A DNA stretch of 64,000 bases. It comes from Gemmatimonadales bacterium (GTDB lineage: Bacteria; Gemmatimonadota; Gemmatimonadetes; Gemmatimonadales; GWC2-71-9). The DNA is taken from NCBI GenBank assembly GCA_037189525.1, contig JBBCJC010000005.1, positions 960,001-1,024,000 of the forward strand, given 5' to 3'. This document shows positions 10,958-20,279 of this stretch, one piece after another. The position numbers and the translations under genes are program-made. How positions within the stretch are numbered: position 1 is the first letter of the stretch; every line of letters begins with the position of its first letter. The notes beneath the pieces were generated by a model, which saw only the letters and a program-made list of their open reading frames with translations, ran no database searches and was not told where the DNA came from.

Positions 10958-12154
10958 GTGATCTCGAAAACATCCCGCGCGCTCGCGATCGGCATGCTGC
11001 TTACCGCCTGCGGTGAGGCGCCGGCTCCATCGTATCAGGTCCGTGACAGCGCCGGCGTACCGATCGCGGAGAATACCGCCCCTTCGGGCCCGACGCTGGT
11101 CCTCGACTCCGTTCCGGTCTTCGACATCGGCCCTGCCACGGGCTCCGACGCAGAGTTCATCAGTCATGTCACGGCCGCCCGGCTTCCCAACGGTCGGATC
11201 ATCGCTAACGGCTGGGCAATGAAGGAGATCAAGCTCTTCGACTCGGCGGGACGCTGGCTCCGCACCGTGGGTCGGCAGGGGGGCGGCCCCGGCGAGTTCG
11301 AGGCTCTCGGGTTTGTCTTCAGCGACGACGCCGGCACGCTCGTGACCTACGAGCCCTTCGCCCAGCGGATCCAGCGCTGGACGGATAATGCCGAGATCAC
11401 TTCGCTCACCCTGCTCACCTCGCCGCCGGGCCGCCCGACGGCGTGGGTCGAAGGGGTCGCTGAGGGCGGCGGCCTCGTCGTCCGCACCTCCGTCCCCGGC
11501 GTGGGGCCGGTCACCGACATCTCACTCCGCAACGTCGTCTCGGTCTTTCTGGTCCCCCCGGACGGCGGCACCTGGGATTCGCTCTTTGCGTATCAAGGGC
11601 CGACGATCATCCATCGACCCGGCAATCCGGGCTGGCAGCTCGGTCCGGCGCTCTTCGAGCCCCAGCCGGTGATCCGGGCGCGGCGATCCCACATCATCTA
11701 CGCACCTGGCGACCGCTTCGAGATCGAGATCCGCGATGCCGGCGGCAAACTTCGTCGGATCGTGCGGCGGGCGACCGAGCCACGTCCGATCACCACCGCG
11801 GAGTTCGACCGTGCGTTCGACGCGCGAATCGAGGCGACGAGCGAACGGTTTCGCGCCGAGTTTGCGCCCTGGCTCCGTAAGGCCTCGACCGGACGCATCC
11901 GGCCGCCACTCTCAGGCGCCTGGATCACGGAATCCGGCGGCCTCTGGGCCACCCACGGGGACCCTGCGCTCGGCGAACCGGTTCGCGCAAGCGTGTTCGA
12001 TAGTACGGGGCGCTGGCTTTCCGATCTCACGATACCGGCGGACGTCCGCATCCTTCAAGCGGATTCCGACGGCATGCTCGGTACGATCATCGACGATGAC
12101 GGGTTCCACCATCTTCGCTTCTACCGAATCCGGCGCGAAGCCGATGGCCGCTGA
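10958..12154 (+). CDS. Lipoprotein, probable 6-bladed beta-propeller
   Basis: Lipobox LLTAC; 'RDSAGVPIAEN', 'FDSAGRWLRTVGRQGGGPGEF'. GTG start after GGAG (ATG 10943 is an alternative). Confidence 0.7.
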   Translation: MISKTSRALAIGMLLTACGEAPAPSYQVRDSAGVPIAENTAPSGPTLVLDSVPVFDIGPATGSDAEFISHVTAARLPNGRIIANGWAMKEIKLFDSAGRWLRTVGRQGGGPGEFEALGFVFSDDAGTLVTYEPFAQRIQRWTDNAEITSLTLLTSPPGRPTAWVEGVAEGGGLVVRTSVPGVGPVTDISLRNVVSVFLVPPDGGTWDSLFAYQGPTIIHRPGNPGWQLGPALFEPQPVIRARRSHIIYAPGDRFEIEIRDAGGKLRRIVRRATEPRPITTAEFDRAFDARIEATSERFRAEFAPWLRKASTGRIRPPLSGAWITESGGLWATHGDPALGEPVRASVFDSTGRWLSDLTIPADVRILQADSDGMLGTIIDDDGFHHLRFYRIRREADGR

Positions 12155-12256
12155 CGGTCGGGCCGCCCCTCGAATTCGAGGTCTTCTTCCCCTACTTTCC
12201 GTTGACCGGGCTGCGGCCTCGGTATCGTGCCCGACCTCCCGACGGATGAACCGACC

Positions 12257-13459
12257 ATGAACGCTCGCAGCATCGCCCTGGCCTTCGCCCTCGTTCCAGC
12301 CCTGCTGTCTGCCCAGCGGCCTGGAGGAACCGGGGCCGGGCAGTCGGCGCAGATCAAACCGGGTGAATCCTGCCCACCTGGCATGACGGAAATCCGGCCG
12401 CGCAACTGCCAGGCCCCGACGCTCGAGCCTCCCAGCATCCTCGACTACCGGCCGCGCTCTACCCTGGTTGCCCCGGCGCATCCGGTGCCCCGCGCGAAGT
12501 ATCCGGTCATCGACTATCACGGCCATCCCGGCGCCCTGCTCAATTCGGCCGAAGGGCTGGAACAACTCCGGAGCGCGCTTGACGCGCTCAACGTCCGGGT
12601 GATCGTGTCCGCCAGCAACGCATCGGGTGATGCGCTTGCTCGGCAGGTGGCGCTTGTCAAGGCCACTCCGGCCATGGCGGACCGGGTCCGGATCCTGGCC
12701 GGAATCGATTTTCGCAACGTTGGTCCGGGATGGGCCGAGCGGGCGGTCAAGCAGTTGGAAGCGGATGTGGCGGCGGGCGCCGTCGGGATCGGCGAAATCA
12801 GTAAATCGTTGGGCCTCTCGATCCGCAAGGCCGATGGCAGCCGGCTCAAGATCGACGACCCGGACCTGGATCCGGTTTGGGCCGCCGCGGCGCGCCTCAA
12901 TTTGCCGGTCTTCATCCATGTCGCCGACCCGCAGGAGTTCTGGCAGCCGCTCGACTACAACAACGAACGCTGGCTCGAACTGGCGCTCTTTCCCAATCGC
13001 CGCTATCCGTCCGATCAGTTCCCGAGCTTCGAGCAGCTGGCAACGGAACGCGACAATCTGATCCGCAGGAATCCGAAGACGACCTTCGTCGTGGCCCATC
13101 TCGGCTGGCACGCTGCGGACCTGGGGCATCTCACCAAGCTGATGGACAGTTTCCCCAACATGTATACGGAAGTGGGGGCCGTGTTGTATGACATCGGCCG
13201 GCAGCCGCGCGCCGCCCACGATTTCTTCGTGCGCTTCCAGGACCGGATCCTCTTCGGCAAGGACTCGTTCCAGCCGGAAGAGTATCCCTACTACTGGCGC
13301 GTCTTCGAGACGCGAGACGACTACTTCGATTATTACCGCGACTACCACGCGACCTGGAAACTTTACGGGATCGACCTTCCGGACGAGGTCCTGAAGAAGG
13401 TCTACTACGCCAACGCGCTCCGCATCACGGCCGGGTTGCCGCAGCGAGGCTGGCCCTGA
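12257..13459 (+). CDS. Secreted amidohydrolase family protein (Amidohydro_2-like)
   Basis: Signal peptide; 'IDYHGH', 'PVFIHVAD', 'VVAHLG', 'DRILFGKD', 'KVYYANA'. Confidence 0.85.
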   Translation: MNARSIALAFALVPALLSAQRPGGTGAGQSAQIKPGESCPPGMTEIRPRNCQAPTLEPPSILDYRPRSTLVAPAHPVPRAKYPVIDYHGHPGALLNSAEGLEQLRSALDALNVRVIVSASNASGDALARQVALVKATPAMADRVRILAGIDFRNVGPGWAERAVKQLEADVAAGAVGIGEISKSLGLSIRKADGSRLKIDDPDLDPVWAAAARLNLPVFIHVADPQEFWQPLDYNNERWLELALFPNRRYPSDQFPSFEQLATERDNLIRRNPKTTFVVAHLGWHAADLGHLTKLMDSFPNMYTEVGAVLYDIGRQPRAAHDFFVRFQDRILFGKDSFQPEEYPYYWRVFETRDDYFDYYRDYHATWKLYGIDLPDEVLKKVYYANALRITAGLPQRGWP

Positions 13460-13464
13460 CCCCG

Positions 13465-13887
13465 ATGGCGAGCCATACGCACTACCTCTGGTTCACGACC
13501 AGAAAGCGCCAGGAGATCATCGACATCACCGATGAGGTAGCTGCGCAGCTGGAAACCAGCGGGATTCGTGAGGGGTACGCGCTGGTGTCGGCCATGCACA
13601 TCAGCGCGTCGGTCTTCGTCAACGATCACGAGTCGGGCTTGTGGCACGACATCCTGCACTGGCTCGAACATACCGTGGCGCCCTGGGACCCCGAACGCTA
13701 TCGCCACAACGAAACCGGTGAAGACAACGCGGCGGCCCACCTGCGGAGCCTGACCATCGGCCATGAAGTCATCGTGCCGGTTACCGAGGGCAAGCTCGAC
13801 CTCGGCCCGTGGCAGCGCGTGTTCTATGGCGAGTGGGATGGACAGCGACGGAAGCGGGTCATCATCAAGATCCTGGGCGAGCGGTAG
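13465..13887 (+). CDS. yjbQ: YjbQ/UPF0047 family protein (secondary thiamine-phosphate synthase-like)
   Basis: 'IIDIT', 'HISAS', 'YRH...GEDNAAAHL', '[16 protein letters not shown]'. Confidence 0.9.
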   Translation: MASHTHYLWFTTRKRQEIIDITDEVAAQLETSGIREGYALVSAMHISASVFVNDHESGLWHDILHWLEHTVAPWDPERYRHNETGEDNAAAHLRSLTIGHEVIVPVTEGKLDLGPWQRVFYGEWDGQRRKRVIIKILGER

Positions 13888-13965
13888 CCAGGTACAGCTC
13901 CGAGTAGCGCTCCAAATGCACAGGTGGTACTATCTCAGATAGCCCCGACTCCGGAGGTACCCCCG

Positions 13966-14367
13966 ATGAAATACACCTCGATCGTGTTGGCTGCCCTGCT
14001 TGCGGGATGTGCGACCGGACCGGATTCCCTCGACCTCGATCTCGAAACCAACCCGTCGCAGTCGATGGGGTCCGATAGCGCGACGATCGAAGCGATTCCC
14101 GGTACAGGCGAGCTCCTCGTTCGCGGCGTCATGATGCTGCCCAGTCCCTGCTTCGGTATCGCCGCGACGGCGACCCGGGATCGGTTTGGATTGGTCGTCG
14201 AGCTCCGCGCCGTCCAGGAACGGAGCGCTTGCTTCGACGTCGTCATTCGCCATGACTACACCGGGGCGATTCGGAGCGTTCCACCGGGGCAGTACCAGGT
14301 CATCGTCAACCATATCCGGAACAAAGAGATCGAACAGGCAGGGACGGCCACGGTATCGTTCCCATAG
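13966..14367 (+). CDS. Small hypothetical lipoprotein
   Basis: GGAGG SD; lipobox LAGC; two further Cys (PSPC, SAC) in a beta-rich domain. Confidence 0.65.
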   Translation: MKYTSIVLAALLAGCATGPDSLDLDLETNPSQSMGSDSATIEAIPGTGELLVRGVMMLPSPCFGIAATATRDRFGLVVELRAVQERSACFDVVIRHDYTGAIRSVPPGQYQVIVNHIRNKEIEQAGTATVSFP

Positions 14368-14412
14368 CCAGCTCGTTGATGAGGCCGACCTCAGCGCCGT
14401 AAAAAACGATCG

Positions 14413-15147
14413 CTAGGCGGGCAGCCGGTATGCCCGCCGAGTGGCAATCAACTTCGCGTTCCGGAAAGGAATCACCAGCAGCATTCCCGCGATGAAGCCG
14501 CCGGCATGGGCCCAGAAGGCAACCCCGCCGCTCTCCCGCGCCAGCGCCGGAATCCCGCCGACCAGCTGCAGCAGGAACCAGTAGCCCAGCATGAAGACCG
14601 CAGGGACCGCTATACGGGTGATGAAGATGCCCAGGAAGATCAGCATGTGAACCCGAACCCGCGGGTACAGCACGATATACGCTCCCATCACGCCGCTGAT
14701 TGCCCCCGAGGCGCCCACCATCGGGATCACGCTGGCCGGATTCACCGCCATCTGCGCCGCCGCCGCGCCCGCGCCGGTTGCCAGGTAGAACAACAGGAAT
14801 CGGGCGCGCCCCATCGAGTCCTCGACGTTGTTTCCGAAGACCCAGAGAAACCACATGTTCCCGAGCAGGTGCAGCCAGCCCCCATGCAGGAACATCGAGG
14901 TGAGGACGGTGACCCAGCCGACGCCGTCGGTCTGGCAATTCCATTCCCCCATCCTGACGGGTACGCCCGGCGGCACTCGCCCGAGCACCTCCCCCGGAAT
15001 CAGCCCCAGTTCACAGACCGACGCCGAGAGGGCCGGCTCACTGCCCAGGCCCTGCAGCAGAAACCACGACGCGAGGTTGAGACCGATCAGCAGAAAGGTG
15101 ACGATCGGGGTCCGCAGGGTCGGGTTTTCGTCCTTATATGGAAACAT
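14413..15147 (-). CDS. Rhomboid family intramembrane serine protease
   Basis: 'SMFLHGGWLHLLGNM', catalytic 'GASGA', 'AFWAHAGGF'. Confidence 0.93.
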   Translation of the reverse strand: MFPYKDENPTLRTPIVTFLLIGLNLASWFLLQGLGSEPALSASVCELGLIPGEVLGRVPPGVPVRMGEWNCQTDGVGWVTVLTSMFLHGGWLHLLGNMWFLWVFGNNVEDSMGRARFLLFYLATGAGAAAAQMAVNPASVIPMVGASGAISGVMGAYIVLYPRVRVHMLIFLGIFITRIAVPAVFMLGYWFLLQLVGGIPALARESGGVAFWAHAGGFIAGMLLVIPFRNAKLIATRRAYRLPA

Positions 15148-15265
15148 GCGCGGAATCTACGAGATTCCCGATCCGGTCGCGATCGGTTGGCCTGGTACGG
15201 TACCGTTTACATTTCGACGCGATTTTCGCATTCGCTTTTCCCACGACGTGCCGAACCGAGGAGCC

Positions 15266-16192
15266 ATGTCGCTCGCCCGTTCTCTGCTGCTCAAAGCCGC
15301 CGACAGTCCCTGGCTGGCTGCCCAGATGTCCAAACGCAGCTTCTCGCAGCGAGCCATCAGGAAGTTCATGCCGGGCGAAGCACTGGAGGATGCACTCCAG
15401 GCAGCGGCACTCCTGGGCACCCAGGGCCAGGGTTCGCTTCTGACCCAGTTGGGTGAGGCGCTCTCGAGCCTCGACGCCGCGGCAGGGGTTCGCGACCATT
15501 ACCTCCACGTCTTCGACGAGATCGCCAAACGGGGCCTTCCCTCGTGGGTCTCGATCAAACCGACCCAATTGGGCATCGACCAGTCGCTGCCGACCTGCCG
15601 CGATCATCTGCTGCAGCTGGCGGAGGCCGCGTCGACGAGCGGATCGTCGCTCTGGATCGATATGGAGGACCACAGCTATGTCGATCGCACCCTCGAACTT
15701 TACGCCGAGGTGCGGCAGCGCTATGAGCGCACCGGACTGGCGATCCAGGCCTATCTCTTTCGCACGCCCAAGGACATCGAGACGCTGCTGCCCCTCAAGC
15801 CATGGATCCGCCTGGTGAAGGGCGCCTACCGGGAACCCGCCACAGTGGCCTTTCCCGCCAAGCAGGATGTCGACGCGGCCTACTACGATCTTGCCGTCGG
15901 GCTGCTCGAAGCCGCGAGCGCGCAACAGGCCCTGGCGGTCTTCGGCACCCATGACGTGCCGCTGGTCGAGCGCCTGCGCACCAAAGCAAGGGCCCTGGGC
16001 GCCAGCCACACCGACTACGAGATCCACATGCTGTACGGGATCAAAGCGTCGGACCAGGCCCGTCTGACCCGCGAGGGCGAGACCGTCAAGACGCTGATCA
16101 GCTACGGGCACGCCTGGTTCAAGTGGTACATGCGGCGGTTGGCCGAGCGACCGGCCAACGTGTGGTTCGCGCTCAAGAGTATCGTGGCGTGA
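15266..16192 (+). CDS. Monofunctional proline dehydrogenase
   Basis: 'SIKPTQLG', 'WIDMED', 'IQAYLFRT', 'RLVKGAYRE', 'GTHD', 'MLYG', 'YMRRLAERPAN'. GAGGAG SD. Confidence 0.92.
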   Translation: MSLARSLLLKAADSPWLAAQMSKRSFSQRAIRKFMPGEALEDALQAAALLGTQGQGSLLTQLGEALSSLDAAAGVRDHYLHVFDEIAKRGLPSWVSIKPTQLGIDQSLPTCRDHLLQLAEAASTSGSSLWIDMEDHSYVDRTLELYAEVRQRYERTGLAIQAYLFRTPKDIETLLPLKPWIRLVKGAYREPATVAFPAKQDVDAAYYDLAVGLLEAASAQQALAVFGTHDVPLVERLRTKARALGASHTDYEIHMLYGIKASDQARLTREGETVKTLISYGHAWFKWYMRRLAERPANVWFALKSIVA

Positions 16193-16710
16193 CCCGTCCC
16201 GAACCCTGGTTGCGCGGTCCGATCGACGGCATCCCCGCACTGCTCCAGCCGGTCGCCCACGCGTTCGTGATGGCCCGCGAAGACATCGATGCCGCGGTGG
16301 CCGGACTAGACCAATCTTGCATCTGGCTCACACCCGGCGGCGGCGCATCGATCGGGTTCCATCTGGCCCATCTGGCGGGCAGCACCGACCGGCTCATGAC
16401 CTACGCACGCGGCGAGGTCCTGTCGGATGCCCAACGCGCGGCGCTGCTGGCCGAGTCGAGCCTGGCCACCTCACGGCCGAGCCTCGAATCGCTCCTGAGC
16501 GGCTGGCACGCCACTCTCGACGCGTCTCTCCGCCAGCTCGCAGGTACCGACGAGGCTACGTTGCTCACCCCGCGAGAGGTTGGACGCGCCAGGCTGCCCT
16601 CCACCGTGCTGGGCTTGCTGTTCCATGCAGCGGAACACGCCTCGCGTCATGTGGGCCAGGTCGTTACCTTGGCACGTGTGGTCCGGGCTCCGGCAACGGA
16701 GCTCGGTTAA
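16189..16710 (+). CDS. DinB/YfiT-superfamily protein
   Basis: 'SIGFHLAHLAGS' and 'HAAEHASRHVGQ' His metal ligands. GTGA overlap with proline dehydrogenase. Confidence 0.85.
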   Translation: MTRPEPWLRGPIDGIPALLQPVAHAFVMAREDIDAAVAGLDQSCIWLTPGGGASIGFHLAHLAGSTDRLMTYARGEVLSDAQRAALLAESSLATSRPSLESLLSGWHATLDASLRQLAGTDEATLLTPREVGRARLPSTVLGLLFHAAEHASRHVGQVVTLARVVRAPATELG

Positions 16711-16745
16711 AGTGCGCCCTACGCTGGATGCGAAACCAGGATGCC

Positions 16746-16774
16746 TTGCGCTCTCCACGGCACAGTCGTACGTT
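16746..16774 (+). promoter_or_regulatory. Sigma70-like promoter in the dinB-susC intergenic region
   Basis: TTGCGC (16746-16751), 17 bp, TACGTT (16769-16774); ATG follows 6 nt later. Confidence 0.45.
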
Positions 16775-16780
16775 TTCTGC

Positions 16781-16882
16781 ATGTCGCACATGATCAGCGG
16801 AGCGCGTGCTCATACCCTGCAGAAGTCGCAGGGAAAGATGCGCTGCTGTCTACCGTCCGCCACAACGGACCTGACGGCTTAG
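16781..16882 (+). CDS. Candidate leaderless leader peptide MSHMISGARAHTLQKSQGKMRCCLPSATTDLTA
   Basis: ATG sits at the predicted TSS; contains tandem Cys codons; terminator follows. No recognised homology. Confidence 0.3.
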   Translation: MSHMISGARAHTLQKSQGKMRCCLPSATTDLTA

Positions 16883-16912
16883 CCGCTGTACTCAGCTTAA
16901 TGCTGTAGCTAC

Positions 16913-16945
16913 GCCCGCGAGCCGTGACGCCGCGGGCTTTTTATT
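16913..16945 (+). terminator. Rho-independent terminator upstream of susC
   Basis: GCCCGCG (16913-16919)/CGCGGGC (16931-16937) stem followed by TTTTTATT. Confidence 0.7.
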
Positions 16946-17102
16946 CATTTCTCATCATTGCAGGTCATTTCCGAAAGAAAGGGCGCAATTGGAAGGCGAT
17001 GGCTCGAATCTCGTTACCGATCGGTACCCGGCCGTTCGCTCCGTCTTGTGCGGCGCAGAACGGTCGATTAGTCATCTTATCGTCACCAACGGACATCCAG
17101 GT

Positions 17103-20100
17103 ATGACTCATCTTCGACTGGCCGGCCGCGGGATCTCCGCGTTCCGGGCCCCAGGTCGACCCGGGCGGCTTGCCGCGCTGTTGGTCGGCCTTCTCGCGTT
17201 CAGCGGTACGGCCGCGGCGCAATCGACCGGAACGCTTCGCGGTCGCGTCATCGAGCGCGGCAACGAGGCGCCGATCCCGGGCGTTCAGATCCAGGTCACG
17301 GCTGGCACCAGCCGCGTCTCGGCGCTGACCTCTCAGGATGGTCGCTACTCCCTCTCGACCGTACCGAGCGGACCGGTTTCGGTTCGCGCGGTCCGCATCG
17401 GCTACGCGCCGGTCACCCAGACCGCGACCGTCACGGCCGGTGGTGAAGTCGTCCTCGACTTCACGCTGGAACCGACGGTCGTCCAGCTCGAAGAGGTCGT
17501 CACGACGGCCACCGGTGAGCAGTCCCGCCGGGAAGTCGGCAACGTGGTCGCGACCCTCAAGGTCGACTCGCTGGTGAGCCGGAGTCCGGTCACCAGCGTG
17601 GCTGACGTCTTGAACGCCCGCACCGCCGGCGTCCAGGTCGTCCAGGGCGCGGGCCAGACCGGCTCGTCGCCGTCGATCCGGATCCGTGGTTCGAGCTCGC
17701 TCTCTCTCACCAACGAGCCGCTCTTCATCGTCGACGGTGTCCGGATGGACAACTCGCCGCAGCCCGGCGGCACGACGATCTCGTCGCAGCGCGTCAACCG
17801 GCTCGGCACGTTCAATCCGGACGAGATCGAGTCGCTCGACGTGATCAAGGGTCCGTCGGCCGCGGCGCTGTACGGCACCGCTGCCGCCAACGGCGTCATC
17901 GTGATCAAGACCAAGCGCGGTCGCGCGGGTCGGACCCAGTGGTCCGCCTACGCCGAGGGCGGCCAGGTGTCGCAGCCGGGCCAGTTCTTCGACAACTACC
18001 GCAGCTGGGGCCGTAACGTCGTGGGCGGCGTTCCGCAGTCCGCGGCCATCCAGTGCCAGATCTCGCAGCAGGCGCTCGGGAACTGCGTCATCGACAGCTT
18101 GACCACGTTCAATCCGTTGATGAACAAAGAGACCACGCCGTTCTCGACCCAGCCGCGCACCATGTTCGGCGTGCAGGCGTCGGGCGGCAGCGACCGGTTC
18201 CGCTTCTTCGTCAGCGCCGAGCGCGAAGACGAAACCGGCCCGTACGAAATGCCGGAAGCGGAAATCGCGCGTCTGACCACGATCCGCGGCAGGGCCCCGA
18301 TCGATGAGCACATCCATCCGAACAAGCTCGGCCAGACCAGCTTGCGCGGTAACTTCTCGGTCGGCCTGACCCCGACGCTCGATCTGACGATCGCAACGGG
18401 CTACCTGAACCGCCAGCTGCGCACGCCGTTCGACGGCGGCTACTTCGCCGGCCTGTCGTTCCAGAGCTACTTCGCCCCGGGCTTCCGCACTGCCTTCAAC
18501 GGCCTGTCGGCCCAGCACGTCGGCGACATCCTGTCGGTCGAGCAGTGGATGCGCGATCAGCGCCTCACCACCAGCAGCACCCTCAACTGGACCCCGAACT
18601 CCTGGCTCAGCGGCCGCGCCGTCATCGGCATGGACCAGACTCAGGGCTACGGCTACCGGTTTGCCCGCTTCGGTGAAGGCACCATCACCGGTTGGGGCCC
18701 GCCCGCGCAGACCGGCGGTAAGGACGTCAACCGGAACACCTACAGCCGGTACTCGGTCGACCTGGGCGCCACCGCGTCCTGGAACGTGAACCAGTCGATC
18801 TCGGCCAAGACGGCGGTTGGTGTGCAGTGGTTCAAGGACACCCAGTACCAGACCCTCGCGCAGGGTTACTCGCTGCCGCCGGGCGCCACGACGCCGAATG
18901 CCGCGTCGATCCGGACGGCGGGCGAGTTCACCGAAGAGAACGCCACCTACGGCGGCTACGTCGAGCAGACGTTCGGGATCAAGGAGCGCCTCTTCCTGAC
19001 CGGTGGCGTGCGCACCGACCAGAACAGCGCCTTCGGTTCCAACATCGGCAACACGGTTTATCCGCGGGCCGCGCTGTCCTATGTGATCAGCGACGAGTCC
19101 TGGTTCCCGGAGATCACCCCGGGCGGTAACGTCCGCCTCCGCGCCGCCTTCGGCCGCGCCGGCGTGCAGCCGACCACGATTGCCGCGCTCCAGTTCCTCA
19201 ATGCCTTCACGGTTCCGATCGACGGCGTCGAAACCCCGGGTCTCCGCATTGCGGCGCTCGGTAACGCCGACTTGAAGCCGGAAGTCACCACGGAAGTCGA
19301 GGCCGGTATCGACGCTGGGTTCTTCAACGAGCGGATCCTGCTCGAGCTGACGTACTTCACCAAGACCAGCAAAGACGCGCTCGTGCAGCAGCCGCTGCCG
19401 CCGTCGTTCGGCGCCGGTGCCACCCAGTGGCAGAACCTGGCCAAGGTCCGTAACCGCGGCTTCGAAGTGTCGGTCAACGCCGACGTGATCCGCGCCAAGC
19501 CGCTGTCGTGGAACCTCAACGTCACGGCGTCGTCGATCAAGAACCTGCTGGTCGATGCCGGTGGCGCCGCCCTCGCGGAAACGCAGGGTCAGCGTAACGC
19601 GGTGGGCTACCCGCTCTTCGGCCTCTGGGATCGTCCGATCACTGGCTGGAATGACACGAACGGCGACGGCATCCTGGTCGGCAGCGAAATCGAAGTTGGG
19701 GCGACGGCGGTCTACCGCGGTCCGACCCTGCCGACCCGTGAAGGCGCCATGACCAACACGATCGGCTTCTTCGATCAGAAGGTTCGCCTCGTCGGTCTCG
19801 TCGACTATCGTGGCGGCCACTACAATCAGTGGGGCTTCGAGAATCAGCGCTGCGCCAGCCTCAACTGCCAGGCCGTCAACGACCCGGACGCGCCTCTGGC
19901 CGACCAGGCCGCCGCCTTGGCCCGCAACAGCGGCGCCTTCGGCAACTCGACCTGGGGCTATTTCGTCCAGAACGACTTCATCCGTCTCCGTGAGCTCTCG
20001 CTCTCGGTCGACGTCCCGACCTCGGTGACCCGGAAGATCGGCTTCGGCTCCGCCAACGTCGTGCTGAGCGGCCGTAACCTGGGCACGCTGTGGACCAAGT

Positions 20101-20219
20101 ACCCGGGTATCGACCCCGAGACCAACGCCGTCGCGCAGAACACCGGTGGCGGTAACAACGACTATTACGCACCGCCGCCGGCTCGCTACTGGCTGCTCCG
20201 CGTCAACCTGGGCTTCTAA
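17103..20219 (+). CDS. SusC/RagA family TonB-dependent outer-membrane transporter
   Basis: Signal peptide, carboxypeptidase-regulatory-like domain, TonB box 'LEEVVTTATG', plug 'IRIRGSSS...PLFIVDG...IESLDVIKGPSAAALYGTAAANGVIVIKTK', 'GNADLKPE', C-terminal 'VNLGF'. Confidence 0.93.
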   Translation: MTHLRLAGRGISAFRAPGRPGRLAALLVGLLAFSGTAAAQSTGTLRGRVIERGNEAPIPGVQIQVTAGTSRVSALTSQDGRYSLSTVPSGPVSVRAVRIGYAPVTQTATVTAGGEVVLDFTLEPTVVQLEEVVTTATGEQSRREVGNVVATLKVDSLVSRSPVTSVADVLNARTAGVQVVQGAGQTGSSPSIRIRGSSSLSLTNEPLFIVDGVRMDNSPQPGGTTISSQRVNRLGTFNPDEIESLDVIKGPSAAALYGTAAANGVIVIKTKRGRAGRTQWSAYAEGGQVSQPGQFFDNYRSWGRNVVGGVPQSAAIQCQISQQALGNCVIDSLTTFNPLMNKETTPFSTQPRTMFGVQASGGSDRFRFFVSAEREDETGPYEMPEAEIARLTTIRGRAPIDEHIHPNKLGQTSLRGNFSVGLTPTLDLTIATGYLNRQLRTPFDGGYFAGLSFQSYFAPGFRTAFNGLSAQHVGDILSVEQWMRDQRLTTSSTLNWTPNSWLSGRAVIGMDQTQGYGYRFARFGEGTITGWGPPAQTGGKDVNRNTYSRYSVDLGATASWNVNQSISAKTAVGVQWFKDTQYQTLAQGYSLPPGATTPNAASIRTAGEFTEENATYGGYVEQTFGIKERLFLTGGVRTDQNSAFGSNIGNTVYPRAALSYVISDESWFPEITPGGNVRLRAAFGRAGVQPTTIAALQFLNAFTVPIDGVETPGLRIAALGNADLKPEVTTEVEAGIDAGFFNERILLELTYFTKTSKDALVQQPLPPSFGAGATQWQNLAKVRNRGFEVSVNADVIRAKPLSWNLNVTASSIKNLLVDAGGAALAETQGQRNAVGYPLFGLWDRPITGWNDTNGDGILVGSEIEVGATAVYRGPTLPTREGAMTNTIGFFDQKVRLVGLVDYRGGHYNQWGFENQRCASLNCQAVNDPDAPLADQAAALARNSGAFGNSTWGYFVQNDFIRLRELSLSVDVPTSVTRKIGFGSANVVLSGRNLGTLWTKYPGIDPETNAVAQNTGGGNNDYYAPPPARYWLLRVNLGF

Positions 20220-20279
20220 TCGATGTCCGGGACTGAGACGACTTTGAAGACTTTGACCGCGCCAGAGGGGGCCGGTATC

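Noticed and set aside
16866..16910. TPP-riboswitch-like fragments (ACCTGA, TAATGCTG)
   Set aside because: There is no CUGAGA element and the fragments are wrongly spaced.
16960..17020. Resemblance to a c-di-GMP-I riboswitch (CCGAAAG...GGGCGCAA)
   Set aside because: It lacks the GGCAAA-type 5' element and a convincing second stem. An Rfam scan would be needed to support it.
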